Shown here piece after piece: positions 37,001 to 49,547 of a stretch of DNA of 64,000 nt. This DNA comes from Euglena gracilis. Taxonomy: Eukaryota. Location: positions 44,495,847-44,559,846 of the forward strand of contig CP154954.1 of NCBI GenBank assembly GCA_039621445.1. The letters run 5' to 3'. The number at the start of each line of letters is the position of its first letter. The first letter of the stretch is position 1. The position numbers and the translations under genes are program-made. A model generated the notes under the pieces. That model was not told where the DNA came from. It saw only the letters and a program-made list of their open reading frames with translations, and searched no databases.

Positions 37001-39930
37001 AACGTCCGTCCCACCGCATTCAGGGAAAAATCCACCGGAAACATGGTTGAAATGGTGGTGCATTCTGGCAGAAGGAGGTCGAAAATGGGGAAAAGGTGGT
37101 TTCTGGCGTCCCTGGAAAACGTCCATCCACCCAAAACATCAATCACCCGTTTGCTGCTCCTCAGGTCTGAAAGGGATTAAAGGTCTTTAAGGGTCCTCAG
37201 TTAATAAGAAATGCCGTCCATTAAAGCACCCTGGCAGGTGATACAGGTAGGCCCAGTGGAGGGGTGTCGGACCCAAGAGGAAATCCTGGCGTTGGGGGGG
37301 GGGGGGTCGGATGCCCCCCCAAGAATGGAGGTGGTTGAACTCCCCCCCCACCACCCATAGGGGTTCGGGGACACCCATACAGCCCTGGAATGAGGGTGGT
37401 GCAAGTGGCCCACAAAGGACGACCTCTGAGCACATCCCTGGCCTGAGACGGGGTCAGTCGCTTTGCTGTTTGATGCCGCGGGCACACGCGCTGCGTGGCT
37501 CTCGAATTCTGCTTCACTGCCTGACAAAAGAAGGGTGACCGGCGGTTTCAAGGCAAAGCCACAGCGCACGTGGTTGTACGGCCGGGGAGTGCGGCGCCGC
37601 GCTCCGCTCGGCCCGGGACCCACGAGCCCCCGGCATCCCCGTCGGGGTGCCTCGGGACGGAGCAGATCCACTTCGTGAACGTCCGGGCGTCCGTCACGGC
37701 CAGCAGCATCCCCTTCAGGCGGGAGAGGAGGCACGAGAGGTGGACGTACCGCTGGTGCTCGGGGGCCTCCGCCGGGGTGTGCAGCAGGTCCAGGGGGTCT
37801 TAAAGACCCCTGGGGGGGGGGGGTCCAGCTCAGAGGCTGGAAAATTTGGGTTGGCTGGAAAAAGGCTGCTGGTTGACCCCCCGGGGCGGGAGCTAGGCCC
37901 GACCTGGGGTCAAACCAGGCCCAAAAACTTGAAATCGCAAAAATGTCCAAAAAATGCCAATTATGCAAAAAAAAGAATTTTTGACCCCAAAAATGCCCTA
38001 AACAGCTTTTTTCAAACCCATTGCACCCATTGCACCCCTGAAAGCAAAAAAAAATACATTACTGTCCAGCCGCCTGAATGGCGGATGCAAATAAATAAAT
38101 CTCGTTGATGGGGGGGGAGGGGGGTCCGGGGTTGGAAAAAGGCTGCTTGGCTGGATCTCCCCCAGGTGGGGTCAAATTTTATTCAACAGTGCCCTGAGCA
38201 GGTCGCAGTAGTGAAAGACGCACAGCCGTTTCAGCTGGCGTTCGACATTTGAGCAGAGGGCTTTGGCGCCAGGTGGAGGCCAACACCCCCTAAAAAAATA
38301 AATAAACACGACACTGACACGGCAGGGGTAGGAAACTTTGCACCAGCAATGAGCACCTTGGAAATCTTTCGAGAGATTGCCAAGCCCCGTCCCGTGGGGG
38401 GAAACCTGACTTCACAACAAATGCATGTTTCAGTCAGCACCATTCTCCAGTGAGCAGCATCTTCCCTGTCGACTGCCACATCCCTCCCCCTTGGATTTAA
38501 ATTGAGACAATCACCAAGCACCCATGGTCATCCAAATTTCCAGACCCAGTCACGCTCAGTCGCGCCAAGTCATGTCACGCCATGTCAGTCTCATGCAGAC
38601 ATGGAAAAGGTCAAAATTGGCCAAAAGTGGCTAAAAATGGAGGGGTATTGTTTATGAGGGGATGGGAAATGCCTCCCTGGAGGCAAACAACCACCCCCAG
38701 GCACCAGCCTCCCTGGCTCTTCAGAGAAAATGCTTGAACCAGAAATGTTTGACTTCAAAAATTCACGTGCCAAACGGAATATACTTGATGGAATGACCCA
38801 AGCGTCGGTGGCAGAAAGACACTTATGGAAACACAAAGCGACCTCTGGAAGGGCAGCCTCCTGAGCTGGGCTCAGGCTGCCCATAAATGTTTCAACGGCA
38901 GCAACCCATGGAAGGCATGGACAGGTTGAACAAACAACAAGAGAACGGAATGTGCACTGAATGAAATGGGGTTTGGGGTGGGGCTGGGTGGGGGCCAATT
39001 GGACTTGGGACATTCCAATCAGAGTATGGGTGGGGGGCAGGTTTTGAGTGTTGGAAGGACAGTAGGGGTTTTGAGGGGACCGCCCCCTTTACAGATGGTC
39101 ATTTTTGGACCCTTCCAACACCCCCCGAGAAAAATGAAAATTTGTCACAAAAAATGGCCACTCTAGGCCCCCAAAAAAGCCTCAAAATTTTTTCGACGCC
39201 TTCCGTGCCAGTTCTTGGCCATTTGGGGGGGGGGGGTTGCAGTGGGAACCCCCCTTCTCAGTGCTGATTTTAGAACCTTTTGTGAACATTGCCAACGCTG
39301 CGTTGGGTTCAAAGCCAGGTCGCAGCGGGAGGATCGGGGATCAAAAAATAAACAACACAAATACGCATTCCAACTTGAAGAAGCTCAAAATGTTAAAGGG
39401 ATTTACCAGCAAAACAAGAAACACCAACCCAAATATAAAATGTTCCGGCATTAAATTTGGGTAATCCACCAAAAAAAATTCATCAAATTGTTGATCGCAA
39501 GAGAATGTGTCAGAGAAAAAGCTTGCCAGGGCTGCTAGGTCAGGTTTCGGGGGACTCTGGTTAGGGGACCACCCCAATGTGGAGGCCATGTCTGCAGATT
39601 TGGAAAACATCATCTCCAGAACATTCTACCTGCAGGAGGTGAAGCCTGATAAAGATGAGGAACACCTTCTTGAGCTGCACGAGCTCCTGGCGGACCATGA
39701 ACGCCTCCGGTGGGGCCGCCTCCTTCTGGCGGCAGCCCCAAAAAGAAATCCAGAGGGCATCGCACTGCCTCGGGGGTGTGGCAATGTTTCAACACAGAAG
39801 GGGAGGGGGCGAAGGAGAAGGCGGAGCACGGCCAGCTCCCGGCAACGCTCCAGGATGCAGCCCACCACAGCGGCGGGCAGTGAACCCTCGAGGTCGCGCT
39901 TGGCCGCTTCGAGGGAGTAGAAGCCAGAGC
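30800..39930 (-). CDS. Large multi-exon protein with Cys clusters and a C-terminal HAD-superfamily phosphatase domain
   Basis: Well-defined exons: 38200-38289, 33204-~33381, 32996-33067, 31505-31610, 30800-31024 (TAG). Approximate exons: 39772-39930, 39630-39727, 38715-38915, 38406-38520, 37620-37785, 37425-37520, 36690-36922, 35815-36051, 35135-35368, 34260-34505, 34005-34180, 33690-33855. HAD motifs FLDFDRT, HIVTRN, EKAAVI and LFVDDD. Start uncertain (possibly the ORF starting at 40644). Confidence 0.75.
31505..31610 (-). CDS. HAD gene exon (motif II)
   Basis: SGGDPLAGQHTVDPLLVALCCAHPNVHIVTRNPHL; acceptor CTGcgcgc|G. Confidence 0.8.
31839..32418. mobile_element. hAT-like MITE with duplicated right end
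   Basis: TIR CAGGGTTCGATATAAGGAGGG / TAAGGTTTGATATAAGGAGGG; flanks GCAGGGAG / GCCGGGAG (7/8); internal second end near 32264. Confidence 0.75.
32996..33067 (-). CDS. HAD gene exon (motif I DxD)
   Basis: MELVEQLHPGAVFLDFDRTVASTR; junctions TTGcccgg|G and CG|gacCAG. Confidence 0.85.
33204..33381 (-). CDS. HAD gene Cys-rich exon
   Basis: CPFRSSCNRQAFCPHAAKCFVCDLWSCEAC. Confidence 0.8.
36062..36112. repeat. (GAG)n microsatellite
   Basis: About 17 GAG units; reads as a (CTC)n pyrimidine tract just before an exon on the minus strand. Confidence 0.9.
37791..38196. mobile_element. hAT-like MITE that constitutes a whole nonconventional intron
   Basis: CAGGG...CCCTG flanked by perfect AGCAGGTC (37783-37790 and 38197-38204); related copies at ~63-480 and ~22543-22900. 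Confidence 0.85.
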
Positions 39931-41573
39931 ATTGCAAGATGTTGGGACAGGGAGTGCCAACTTCAGCAACCATGGCATCCCCCCCCCCTACAGCTCAAAA
40001 GATGGAAAGTCTGACTTTAACAAACAAACAACAACTCTCACAATTTCGCAAGAAACAATTCTCACAAATTCGCAAGGGACCCTCATCCTGATTGGTGATT
40101 ATTTTGTGATAATTCATGGTCATTTGTGATCATTCTACAAAAAAAGCGTCCAGCTTCTCACTGGATACTTTGCAGTCCCTGGGCATCAGGAATTGGAGGC
40201 TAGGCAGTCAAGTTCGGGTCCCCAAACCCCCCCTGTCTGGTTCGGACCTCGACAGAGGGTCCCGCGGGACCCCCATTGTATTTTGTTAGTCCAGCCCCCG
40301 GACCCCCCTCCCCCCACCGACCCGTCTGGTTGAGTTCGCAACTCGACAGGGGGTCCCGCGGGACCCCTCCGGGCCCCATTCCAATAAACATTTATGATAA
40401 AATACAAATTTGCAGTGTTTTGTGGCATTTTGCAAGGCTCTGTGAAAAATTGCAGAATTCCCATTTTCTGCCAAAAAAAATGAAGGCTGTTGTAGGTGCC
40501 TGGGTCAAGCTCAATTTTAAAAGCAGGTTTTTGCTCTAGGGTTGTTGGAGGTTTTTTGGTTACAACCTGGGTTATAACCTGCCTTTTTGGCTTTTTGGGT
40601 TTTTTGCTCCCTGGAATTGGTTTTTTCACAACCCTGTTGCCCATGATTGTTTTCGTTCAATCAGAGGGACGAATTCAGTAATGAAAGAAAATCTGTTTTT
40701 TAAATATTCTTGCTTGTTTGTGTTTATTCGTGATTATTTGTGTGTTTATTCATGATCTGATGATGATTTGGAAAATCCAAGAAAAATTTTGCTGGTTTGT
40801 TATTATTTGTGATCACCCTCACCCCCCGCTCAATTCAACGTGAAATTGGCTTGTTTTCAAATTTTACCCCCCCAAATTGGCCACCTTGCCTGGGAGGAAA
40901 AATTCCCAAAATTCCCCAAAAAAACCCAAATAAAATATATAAATTGGTATAAAAAAAAGGAAAAAAACATTTGGCACAGAAAATCGACAGGAAAAACTCA
41001 AATTGATTTCTGTCTCTCCCACAAAAAGTGGCCTTTTGTCTTAGAGATCTTAGTGAAATTGTAAAGAATTGTGCAACTTCTTTGCAGTCATTCAGCTTTG
41101 TCAAAGAAAAAGTTTTCATTCACTCCCTGAAAATGAGGCTCCACATCAAGAGGGCAGAGCCCAGGTACGCCTCTGTTGATGTGAGCTGCTTGGGCATAGT
41201 TTATAAATTGCGTTGCATCTGCCCATGGCGGCTCTGCAAGCACATCCATTTCTGATACAACAAGACAACGTTGAAAACAAAAATGGCAGATGACTCAAAA
41301 ACCATAGCCAACGTCTGGGGCACAGTTCAAATTGGGTTGGGGCAAATCGAGAAAAAATTGAAATGCCTATGAAATGTGCTATGGCAGAGCCGGGGCATCT
41401 CTTAAGCCAGAGGCACCAATCCCCCGGGGTGCCATTTTCCAGCCTCGGACCCCGTTCCCCCAGGGCTTTTGTGTTCCTGATTCATTATTATTTCTTCTCA
41501 TGGACTGTCAGAGGGGTCATTAAACAACCCTCTGGGTGGAGCAGTACCAGTGCAAGGTGTCTCACCCCTTGTG

Positions 41574-41574
<1 letters not shown>

Positions 41575-41604
<30 letters not shown>

Positions 41605-41628
41605 ATGCGTGTGTGCGTGCATGCGTGC

Positions 41629-41666
<38 letters not shown>

Positions 41667-41720
41667 GTGTGTTTATGTATACACACATATATACATATAT
41701 GTGTGTGCATGTGTATGTAC
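41575..41720. repeat. (TG)n / (TGCG)n microsatellite
   Basis: Directly visible; further tracts at ~42070-42170 and ~45300-45350. Confidence 0.9.
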
Positions 41721-44700
41721 GTTTATGTACCCCACCCTATTTGGCTCTCACCCTCACCGCCTCCCCCCCCCCATTTGGCTCATGCCCGGGCTCCCTCAGG
41801 CCCCAATTAGCCAATTAGGGGAGGGGACAATTAGGGGGGGGGGGGCTCGAAAACCCCTGCCCCTGAACTTTTTAAGCGGTGCAAAAAATGGTCAATTTTT
41901 TGTGAAATTTTGGAACGTCCATGATTTTTTCTCATCCGATAAAATTAAAAAATTTGAAACGGACGTTTTTGGAGTATTTCTGAGCCCTTTTTGCGACCTT
42001 GCCGAAATTGGCCGGTCTTGTCCAATCGAGGGGGGGGGGAGTCAGAAAAGAGTGGGGGTGAGGGTGCATGTGTGTGCATGTGTGCATGTGGGAGTGGGAG
42101 TGGGAGTGGGAGTGGGTGGGTGGGTGTGTTTGTGTGTGTTGTGGGTGGGTGGGTGGGTGTGTGTGGGCGTGTATAATGTCGGTGACAGAGGGTGACTTGG
42201 GTTTTAGTGATTTGTTGGGGTACCAAGTCCCCTCGATCAAAAGCTCTTTTCAACAGACAACTAGCGGTGACCATGGCGAAGTGACGTAGACTGCGGGGGG
42301 GGGGGGGTAGTGGGTAGTGGGCAGTCAGCCAACTACCCAATTGGTCGGCCGACTAGGCCTAGTCGGTGGCCAGTTGGGGAGATGGGGGGGGGGGGTAAGG
42401 GGTAGTCGGTCGACTAGTCGGCCGACTGTCCACTCTAACATTCTAACGGGTGGATACAGACCAGTGCCATTTGTAAAGGATTTTCATGCAAACTTTGTCA
42501 ATGGTATGGCACTTTACCCCTTCGCAGTCCCACTAACCGCAATCCACCCCCCCCCCTACAGACCTTGCATTTTCATCTGTGGGTGATTTTGCTGGTGCAG
42601 GGATTATGCTGGTGCAGGGAACTCGTTTGATCCCATTTGGACCATCTCTGGGCGACTTGGGCCAGCCAGATACCATTTTTATAAGTCTGCTTATGAGACT
42701 TAAAAGTCGGTGAACTAGACCATCTTGAGGGCAGAAAACTCCCCCACCACCACCGCACCCCCCCCCCAGCTGCACCCCCCTCAAACAACAAAAATTCTGT
42801 ATGTTTGCAAAATGATAGGGGGGAAAAGCCTTTTTTGTGAGACATTTTGTCACAAAATCCCTACAGGGGGGCAAAATCTTTTTTTTTGTGGGCCACTTTG
42901 ACATTGGCAGGGGGCTCCACCCCCTCCGCCTTGCAACCCCCTTCAAGTGACAAAATCCCTTGTGCTGGCCAAAAACTTGGGGGGCGAAATCCTTATTTGT
43001 GGAGCATTTTGTCGTTGTTCACAGTATTGACCAATACCAACGGGGACCCGAACCGACCGAACCGAAAGCCGAAGCGTGGAGGCCTTCGAACCAGGCATTT
43101 GCTTAAGGACCCCGGGGGGGAGTACTGGCGAGCCAATCGGCTAGACACTGGAAAAAATGGACTAGCTAGAACCCCTTCCCCGGGGGGGGGGGGGGGTCCG
43201 GGGGTCCCCCAAACTGGTAAAAAATTTTTCCTCCGGCGCACAGCGCCGGAGGAAGAATGAGGTCGCTACGGGTGTACAAAACATGAGCGCCAGAGGGGAA
43301 CATGGAAAATGCCTGGAAAAAGGCAGCATACACGGATGCACCTTCACCTGACCTGCAACCTTCACCTGGGGGGGGTCGTTAGACCCCCCTAACCTGCGAC
43401 CTGCAACGGGGGGGGGGGGGGGGGGCGGGGTGGTTGTAAACCCCCCAAATGCAAAACCCCCCAAATACAACCCCCCCAAAATATAAAACCCCCCCTGAGG
43501 ACCTTGAAATCCCGCCCGAATATAAAACCCCCCCTCCAGCGCGAAGCGCCAGAAGGAAGAAAAATTGACAAAATCTCTCCTGAAATTGTGATTTTTGGCA
43601 GATTTGGGAGTTTTTACCAAAACCAGTGAAAATTGCCCCTTCGCCCGAAAAGTGGAAAAAAATATCCTCCAAGGGTGGGCGTATTTGTGAAAAAGTGACT
43701 ACCCCCCCCCTAATTGACCCCCCCCCCTCGCCACAGCATACCAACCCCCTGAGGTGCCGTTTAGGGGGGGGGGATGGTATCTAAATTTGGTGAGAATTGG
43801 TGTTGTTTAATAATAATAAGAGTGCTGTGGCGGAGGAAAAATTCCATGGCCACCAGCAGCGGTGGACTGGGTAGTGGGCAGTCGGCCAACTACCCAATTG
43901 GTCGGCGAACTGGGCCTGGTCAGTAGCTAGTTGGCGAGACAGGGTCCTGGGGGGGGGGGGTGTACCCTCCCTCCCCCCCGTGTCGTACCCCCCCCAAATA
44001 CAACCCCCCGGTTTTATATTTGGGCAGAAATTTCAAGACCCCCACGGGGGTTTTTGGGGGGGTTATATTCGGTTGGAAAAATCAACTTCTTGGCGGGATC
44101 CAGTACCACCCCCCCCTAATTGACCGTGGGACCTCTCCACGGGACCCCCCTTTTGGTCAATGGGGTTCAATTAGGGGGGGGGGGTCAATTAGGGGGGGGG
44201 TACCGTCAATTAGGGGGTGCTTCGGCACGGAATCCCCCCGGGCAGTCAATTAGGGGGGGTTGAAAAAATTTTCCCCGGGGCGTTTGGTCAATTAGGGTCT
44301 GAATGGGGGGGGTAAATGGCGTGGCGAGGGGAGGGAGGGGTGTACCATGGTTGCAAAATTAAAAATGTGACGGGTCCCCCTCAAGGGGCGGGGGATCCGA
44401 GGGCCATGGCATCGCGGGGGGGGGGGGCAGAGGCAGGAGGCACCGGTGGGAAGGGGGTGGGTGGGAAGGGGGTCCCTGCCGTGCAACTGCTTGCGGTAGT
44501 GGCAACCCCCCCCAATGCAGATCCCCTAGGCCGACCAGTCGGCAACCCCCCCAAATGGACATCCCAAAGCATCCCTGCCTTTACGGCACATGCTTCCCGA
44601 AGGTGGGCAAGAGGTTCCTCCAAATCTATGAAGCGTATCTATCTCAAGCATGAAAATACAAAAACTTTGTATTTTTTGGGGATATCATTATTTTGGTGGA

Positions 44701-44810
44701 TAACAATAGCACAAAAATAATGGTGGATTTTAATTGATTAATTTTAAGGAGGCATGGGGCACGACCTCAAAATAAAAACCCGTCGGTTGAAAATAGAGCA
44801 AAAATACATA

Positions 44811-45242
44811 GGAGGCTAGGCGCGCCGCTCGGGGGGGTCCGGGACCCCCCCTCCCCCCCCCCTGCGCGGCCCCTGCGCGGCCGCCCGCGCGGCCGCTCGC
44901 CCCCCCCCTGGCCCCCCCCCACTGTGCCTGGCATAGCCAAGAAAAAAAATTGGTGAAAATCGCGATTTTTTGAGGCCCAAAAATGACCAAAAATGACCAT
45001 TTTCGGACACAAAATGGCAAATTTGGGGGCCGTGCGCTCTGCGAGCGACCAAAAAAGCTCTTTTTTGGTCAAAAAAATGGCCCAAAAATGGCAAAAAATG
45101 ACCACTTTTTGGACCCGAAAATCACCGATTTTAGGATGCGTTCCGCCCGCGCGGCCGCCCTCGGACCCCCCTCCCCCCCCCCCGCGCGGCCGCCCGCGCG
45201 GCCGCTCGCCCCCCTCAGCCCCCCCCACTGTGCCTAGCCTCC
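44811..45242. mobile_element. Harbinger/Tourist-like MITE, copy 1
   Basis: TIR GGAGGCTAGG; 3-bp TSD ATA. Confidence 0.85.
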
Positions 45243-46404
45243 ATACATTTTCTCATGTTTGCAGCCAAGAGTATTCAGCCCAAATTGCGGGTTCTTGGTG
45301 TTGTGTGTGCTTGTGTGTGGGTGTGTGCATGCGTGCGCGCGCGTGCGTGGGTGTCTCGTCGATTTCTTTTGATTCTTTGCCAGAAAATGGTTGTGATGTG
45401 TATCCTGTCAACCAATTGTTCACCCCAAAATGTCAAAAAATGGGCCCAAAATTTCATCCTTAAATTGTGAGCTCCTCCCCAACGGGGCTTCCGCCTGCTC
45501 CACTCTTTGACCATTTTGGGTCACTTTGGGCCTGGAGGAAAGAATCAAACCCTGATTTTCCTTTAATAATCGGCATGAATGTCAGTTATAAAATCATATT
45601 TTGGTTGGTCCAAGGGAATGATGAAATGAAATGATTGGCCCAACAAAACAGAGCCATTGTCATTGTCAAAAAGAGCACAAACGATGTGAAGAATTCTGAA
45701 CAAAGCAGTGTGTTTTTAGGTTAAGGCCTTCTTTGGGTTTGGAAAACTTACCCAAAATAATTATTTTCTGGCTCTGGAAGTCAGTGAAGAGGGGGAATGG
45801 GAAAACTAAACACGTGACACCCTCCGTGTATCAAACCTGGGTAAAATCCTGTTTGCGCCAAGGTTGCTTGATATACTTCAGTACAGATGTTAAACCCCAG
45901 TTGAAGACCTCCTGGTTTGCCCCCCTCCCCAGATGTACACAACCATTTACCTGTGTTCAGGTTTCCGAAACCAGGCTCCAGGGTTGTTCGTATTTGAAAT
46001 TCGCTGATTTCTGTCGTTTTTTTTTGTGCTGTTTCAATGAAAATTTTATTTGGGGTTGCTTAAAGGGGGGGGATTGCTTATATTTTGGGGGGGGTTAATT
46101 GGGCAACCAAAATCCTTCACTTTGAAATTTTGTGGCCTTTTTCTGAAATGCTTACCTTTTTTTTGGAATGTGAACGTTTTTCATTTCATCGATTTCTATG
46201 GTTTGCGGAAGTGGGGTGCTCACTGGAGGAGGGACACTCACCACGAACAAGACAAAACACAATCCGACACATCGAGATGGAATCGTTGGGAATTATCTCA
46301 CTGCATTGCCTTGGCCACCCTTGGGGGGAATGGGTGGCGAGCCCCTCGGAGAGGGGGGGGAGGGGTGTACCAACCCCCCTCGGCTCTGGCTGGGGGGGGG
46401 GGAC

Positions 46405-47560
46405 AGTTTTCTGATACGAAAACTGTGTCCAGAACGCCGATTCGGGCGTGAAGCCATGTTCCAGAACACCCGAACCGGCGTTCTGGAACACGGCTTCACG
46501 CCCGAACCGGCGTTCTGGACACAGCTGTTGAAACCGTGGATTAGGGGCTCTGGCTTCACGCCCGAACCGGCGTTCAAGGAATAAAGGCCAATTTCGCCCT
46601 AAATACCCAGTTTCTGAACATTTTTGGGCATTTTTGGGATCCTTTGGGCTCATGGCCATGTCGATCGGCCGATTGAAGTTTTCATCCGTCTGATGCCAGG
46701 TTACCCATCAATCGAAAGGTTTTTTTTCAGAATTACGATTTGGAAAAAAATTTTGGTTGGACCACCCCTAGGTTTTTTCAGAATCACGGTTGGGAAATTT
46801 TGGCTGGACCCCCACCAGATTTTTTCAGATTTGCAATGCCGAATTTTCGGTTGGACCCCGCTGGTTTTTTTTCCCCAGAATTATGGTTGGGATTTGATCC
46901 CCCCTTTTTTCAGAATTCCGGTTCAGAGATTTTGGATGGGTTTCTTCACAAACACGGTTGGAAAAAAAAATTGGCTGGAGCCCCCCCCCAGGGTTTTTCA
47001 GAAGTACGGTTGGGAAATTTTGGCCCCGGGAATTTTTCAAAATTGTTGGGAAATGTAAATTACAGTTGGGAAATTTTGGCCCCCTTGGGTGTTTTCAAAA
47101 TTGGTTGGACCCTCCCCTGGGTTTTTCAGAATTATGGTTAGGAAATTTTAGCTGGACCCCTTGGGTTTTTCAGAATTACGATTTTTGGACCCTTTTCGCA
47201 AATTCCAAAATCCACTGTTCACCTGCCATGTTGCCCCTTGATCGATAACCCTTCTCAAGGGTTTTAGATGGCCTTAGATTTCTATTTCAGAAAATCCCCA
47301 GATTTGGCCAAATGGAAATTGTTGCACAAAATACCTCAATTTCTGGCCAAATACCCCCCAAAAAGTGCTCAGATATGATTGCCTCATGTCTACAAACCAT
47401 TTTGGACACTTTTTGGCACTGTTCATTTTCGGTCCCCAAGACGCCGTATTCCCGCCCGAACCGGCGTTCTGGACACCGGTTCGGCGCAGAAATTTCTGCG
47501 CCGAACCGGCGTCCAGAACGCCGGTTCGGGCGTGAAGCCAGAGCCCCAATACACGGTTTC
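46405..47560. mobile_element. Repeat family with CGCCCGAACCGGCG arrays and an internal ~40-bp minisatellite
   Basis: Motif arrays at both ends; TTTTTCAGAATTACGGTTGGGAAATTTTGG-like tandem units at 46720-47200; second family member at ~57545-58500. Exact termini not resolved. Confidence 0.6.
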
Positions 47561-49368
47561 AATTGCAAATTCCCAGTCGCAAGCGACAAGGTCCCGAGTC
47601 CGGCCTGAGTTATTCACCCTCCACCCCCCCCCGGAAAGTGGCTGTAACTCGGGCTACACAAAGAGTCGGGAAAAATAAAGCATGGTTGGATGGGGCATTC
47701 CAGCGGCTTCATTTTTGGCTCCGGACATTTCCTTTGATTTTGCTTCATTTCCAAGATATTTGGGATACATGGTTTTTTGACCAAAAAAAAAAACACCAAA
47801 AAACTCCCCAAAATGGCTGTTTTGGGCTCCAAAAGCGAGCCAAAACACGGGGCAGGCGTGCCAGCGGTGATAGAGGGTCTCCAAGGCAACGTTTTAGTCT
47901 CACCGACAGTTTTGTGCAGCGTGCAGCTTTTTTCGAGAGATTTTCGAAAAAGTGCTTTTTGACCGAAAATCTCCCCCTGGCGAAATGGCAGAGTCGAAGC
48001 TGGGAGGAGTTGGCCAGAGCCAGTTTGGACCACTTCACAATTTTGGCCCTCAAAAATCGATGTTGCGAAAATATGTCGGAAATGTAGCAAAATGAAAGGA
48101 AGTGTCTGGTATTTTTTAAGGACCCGGGGGTCCATCCTCCAGCTGGGAAAAAAAACGAGCTGCTGGCTGGACCCGGGGGGATAGGGGGGGAGGGGGGTAG
48201 TCCGGGGTTGGAGGGCTGGGCTGGGCTGGGTCAATGAAAAACAAAATTTTCTTGGACATTTTGCCTTCTCGACATTTTGATGGATGAAGCTAGATCAAGG
48301 CTGGATCGGGACTGGAGGAACAGCCAACTTACCTCCTGACGCATGCCTGGTCCATGGTTGGAGCTTGATCAAGGCTGGATCAGGTCGGCAACCGTTTCGC
48401 AAAGCAGTCATCCACTATCACTCAGGACAGCAACCAGTTGGCTGGCCCGGCCCTCGGCCAGCCAGCCCGGCATCCGGCCGGGATGGACCCAACTTTATTT
48501 CACTCGACCCTCCGGCCCCTGCTGGTGGCCCAAATTGCTGTCAACCCAAACCGAAGCCCCCGAACCTGCCTGAGGGTATTTCAATATCCCCTTAATTCCA
48601 CGGCAAAATGGCCATTTTAAGCTGTTTCGCAAATCTATGCTGTTGTCGACTTGGCTGTTTTCAGGCCATTTCCGGGCCAAAAAAAATCAAAATTTTCAAA
48701 ATATCTCCAAAGTTTTGGGGAATCAAAAGAAATTTCTACGGGCATAGAATTAAATCCCCGGGACCCCCTATAGGCTGCCTGGCCCCAAATACAACCCGTT
48801 TTGGCTGCTTTCCGAGTCAAAAAAAGTTGAAAAATTGCCCAAAATTGCCCAAAACGATGTTTTTTGGCAGCCCCGGAAATAAAAATGTTTTCGAGACGAA
48901 AATGAGTTTTTCACCACCCGGCCCCCCGTTCTCGGCCCAAAGTGCATGCATTTTAAGTCATTCCAGTCAAAAGGGCCAAAAAGAATTCCGGGACAAAAAA
49001 AAACAAAATTTTTTGTCCAAAACGACTTTTTTGGCTCCCAGACCCTGGCTGGGTCGGGCCAGGCCGCCAGGTATGGCCGAAGGTCAGCCCTGGCACCCAC
49101 ACGCCTCAAACATCCATTGCATTATGGCGCCATCAGGCATGTAAAGAGCTCAACAGTGCACAAAACCCGGTCAATTCGGGGTGGGGCAAGGAACATCGTT
49201 CCCAGGGGGAGCCCGACGACTGGCCGACGCACAAAGCACAAATGTTGTTAAGCTTAAGTTGCAAATGCCTAGTTTACACCAGTGTCGAGTTCTGAGGCAA
49301 AATCCTAACCCCCCCCCTAATAAGTGCACGGGTGCGCACATTTTAAGGTTGGGACGACTAGTCGACTA

Positions 49369-49547
49369 CCACCCCCCCCCCTTTATTGTCCCACCGACCT
49401 GCCCCCGGGAGGCCCGACCGGACAATAAAGGGGGGGGGACAATAAAGGGGTACCAAAGGAATTTCATTGGCCGGGCCAAAAAAACCCCCCGTCGGCCGGG
49501 GCCCAGGGACAATAAAGGGGGGGGACAATAAAGGGGGGGGGGGGTGG
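49369..49547. mobile_element. TA-flanked pogo-type MITE (ATTGTCCC family)
   Basis: TA-CCACCCCC...GGGGTGG-TA; other copies at 53409-53589 and, inverted, 55242-55405. Confidence 0.8.

Noticed and set aside
40490-40644. Lys-rich ORF start MGNRVVKKPIPGSKKPKK as first exon of the HAD gene
   Set aside because: Plausible, but I could not define a splice junction to the ~39930 exon, so it is not called.
41363-42340. Cys/Val- or His/Thr-rich ORFs
   Set aside because: Translations of TG microsatellites.
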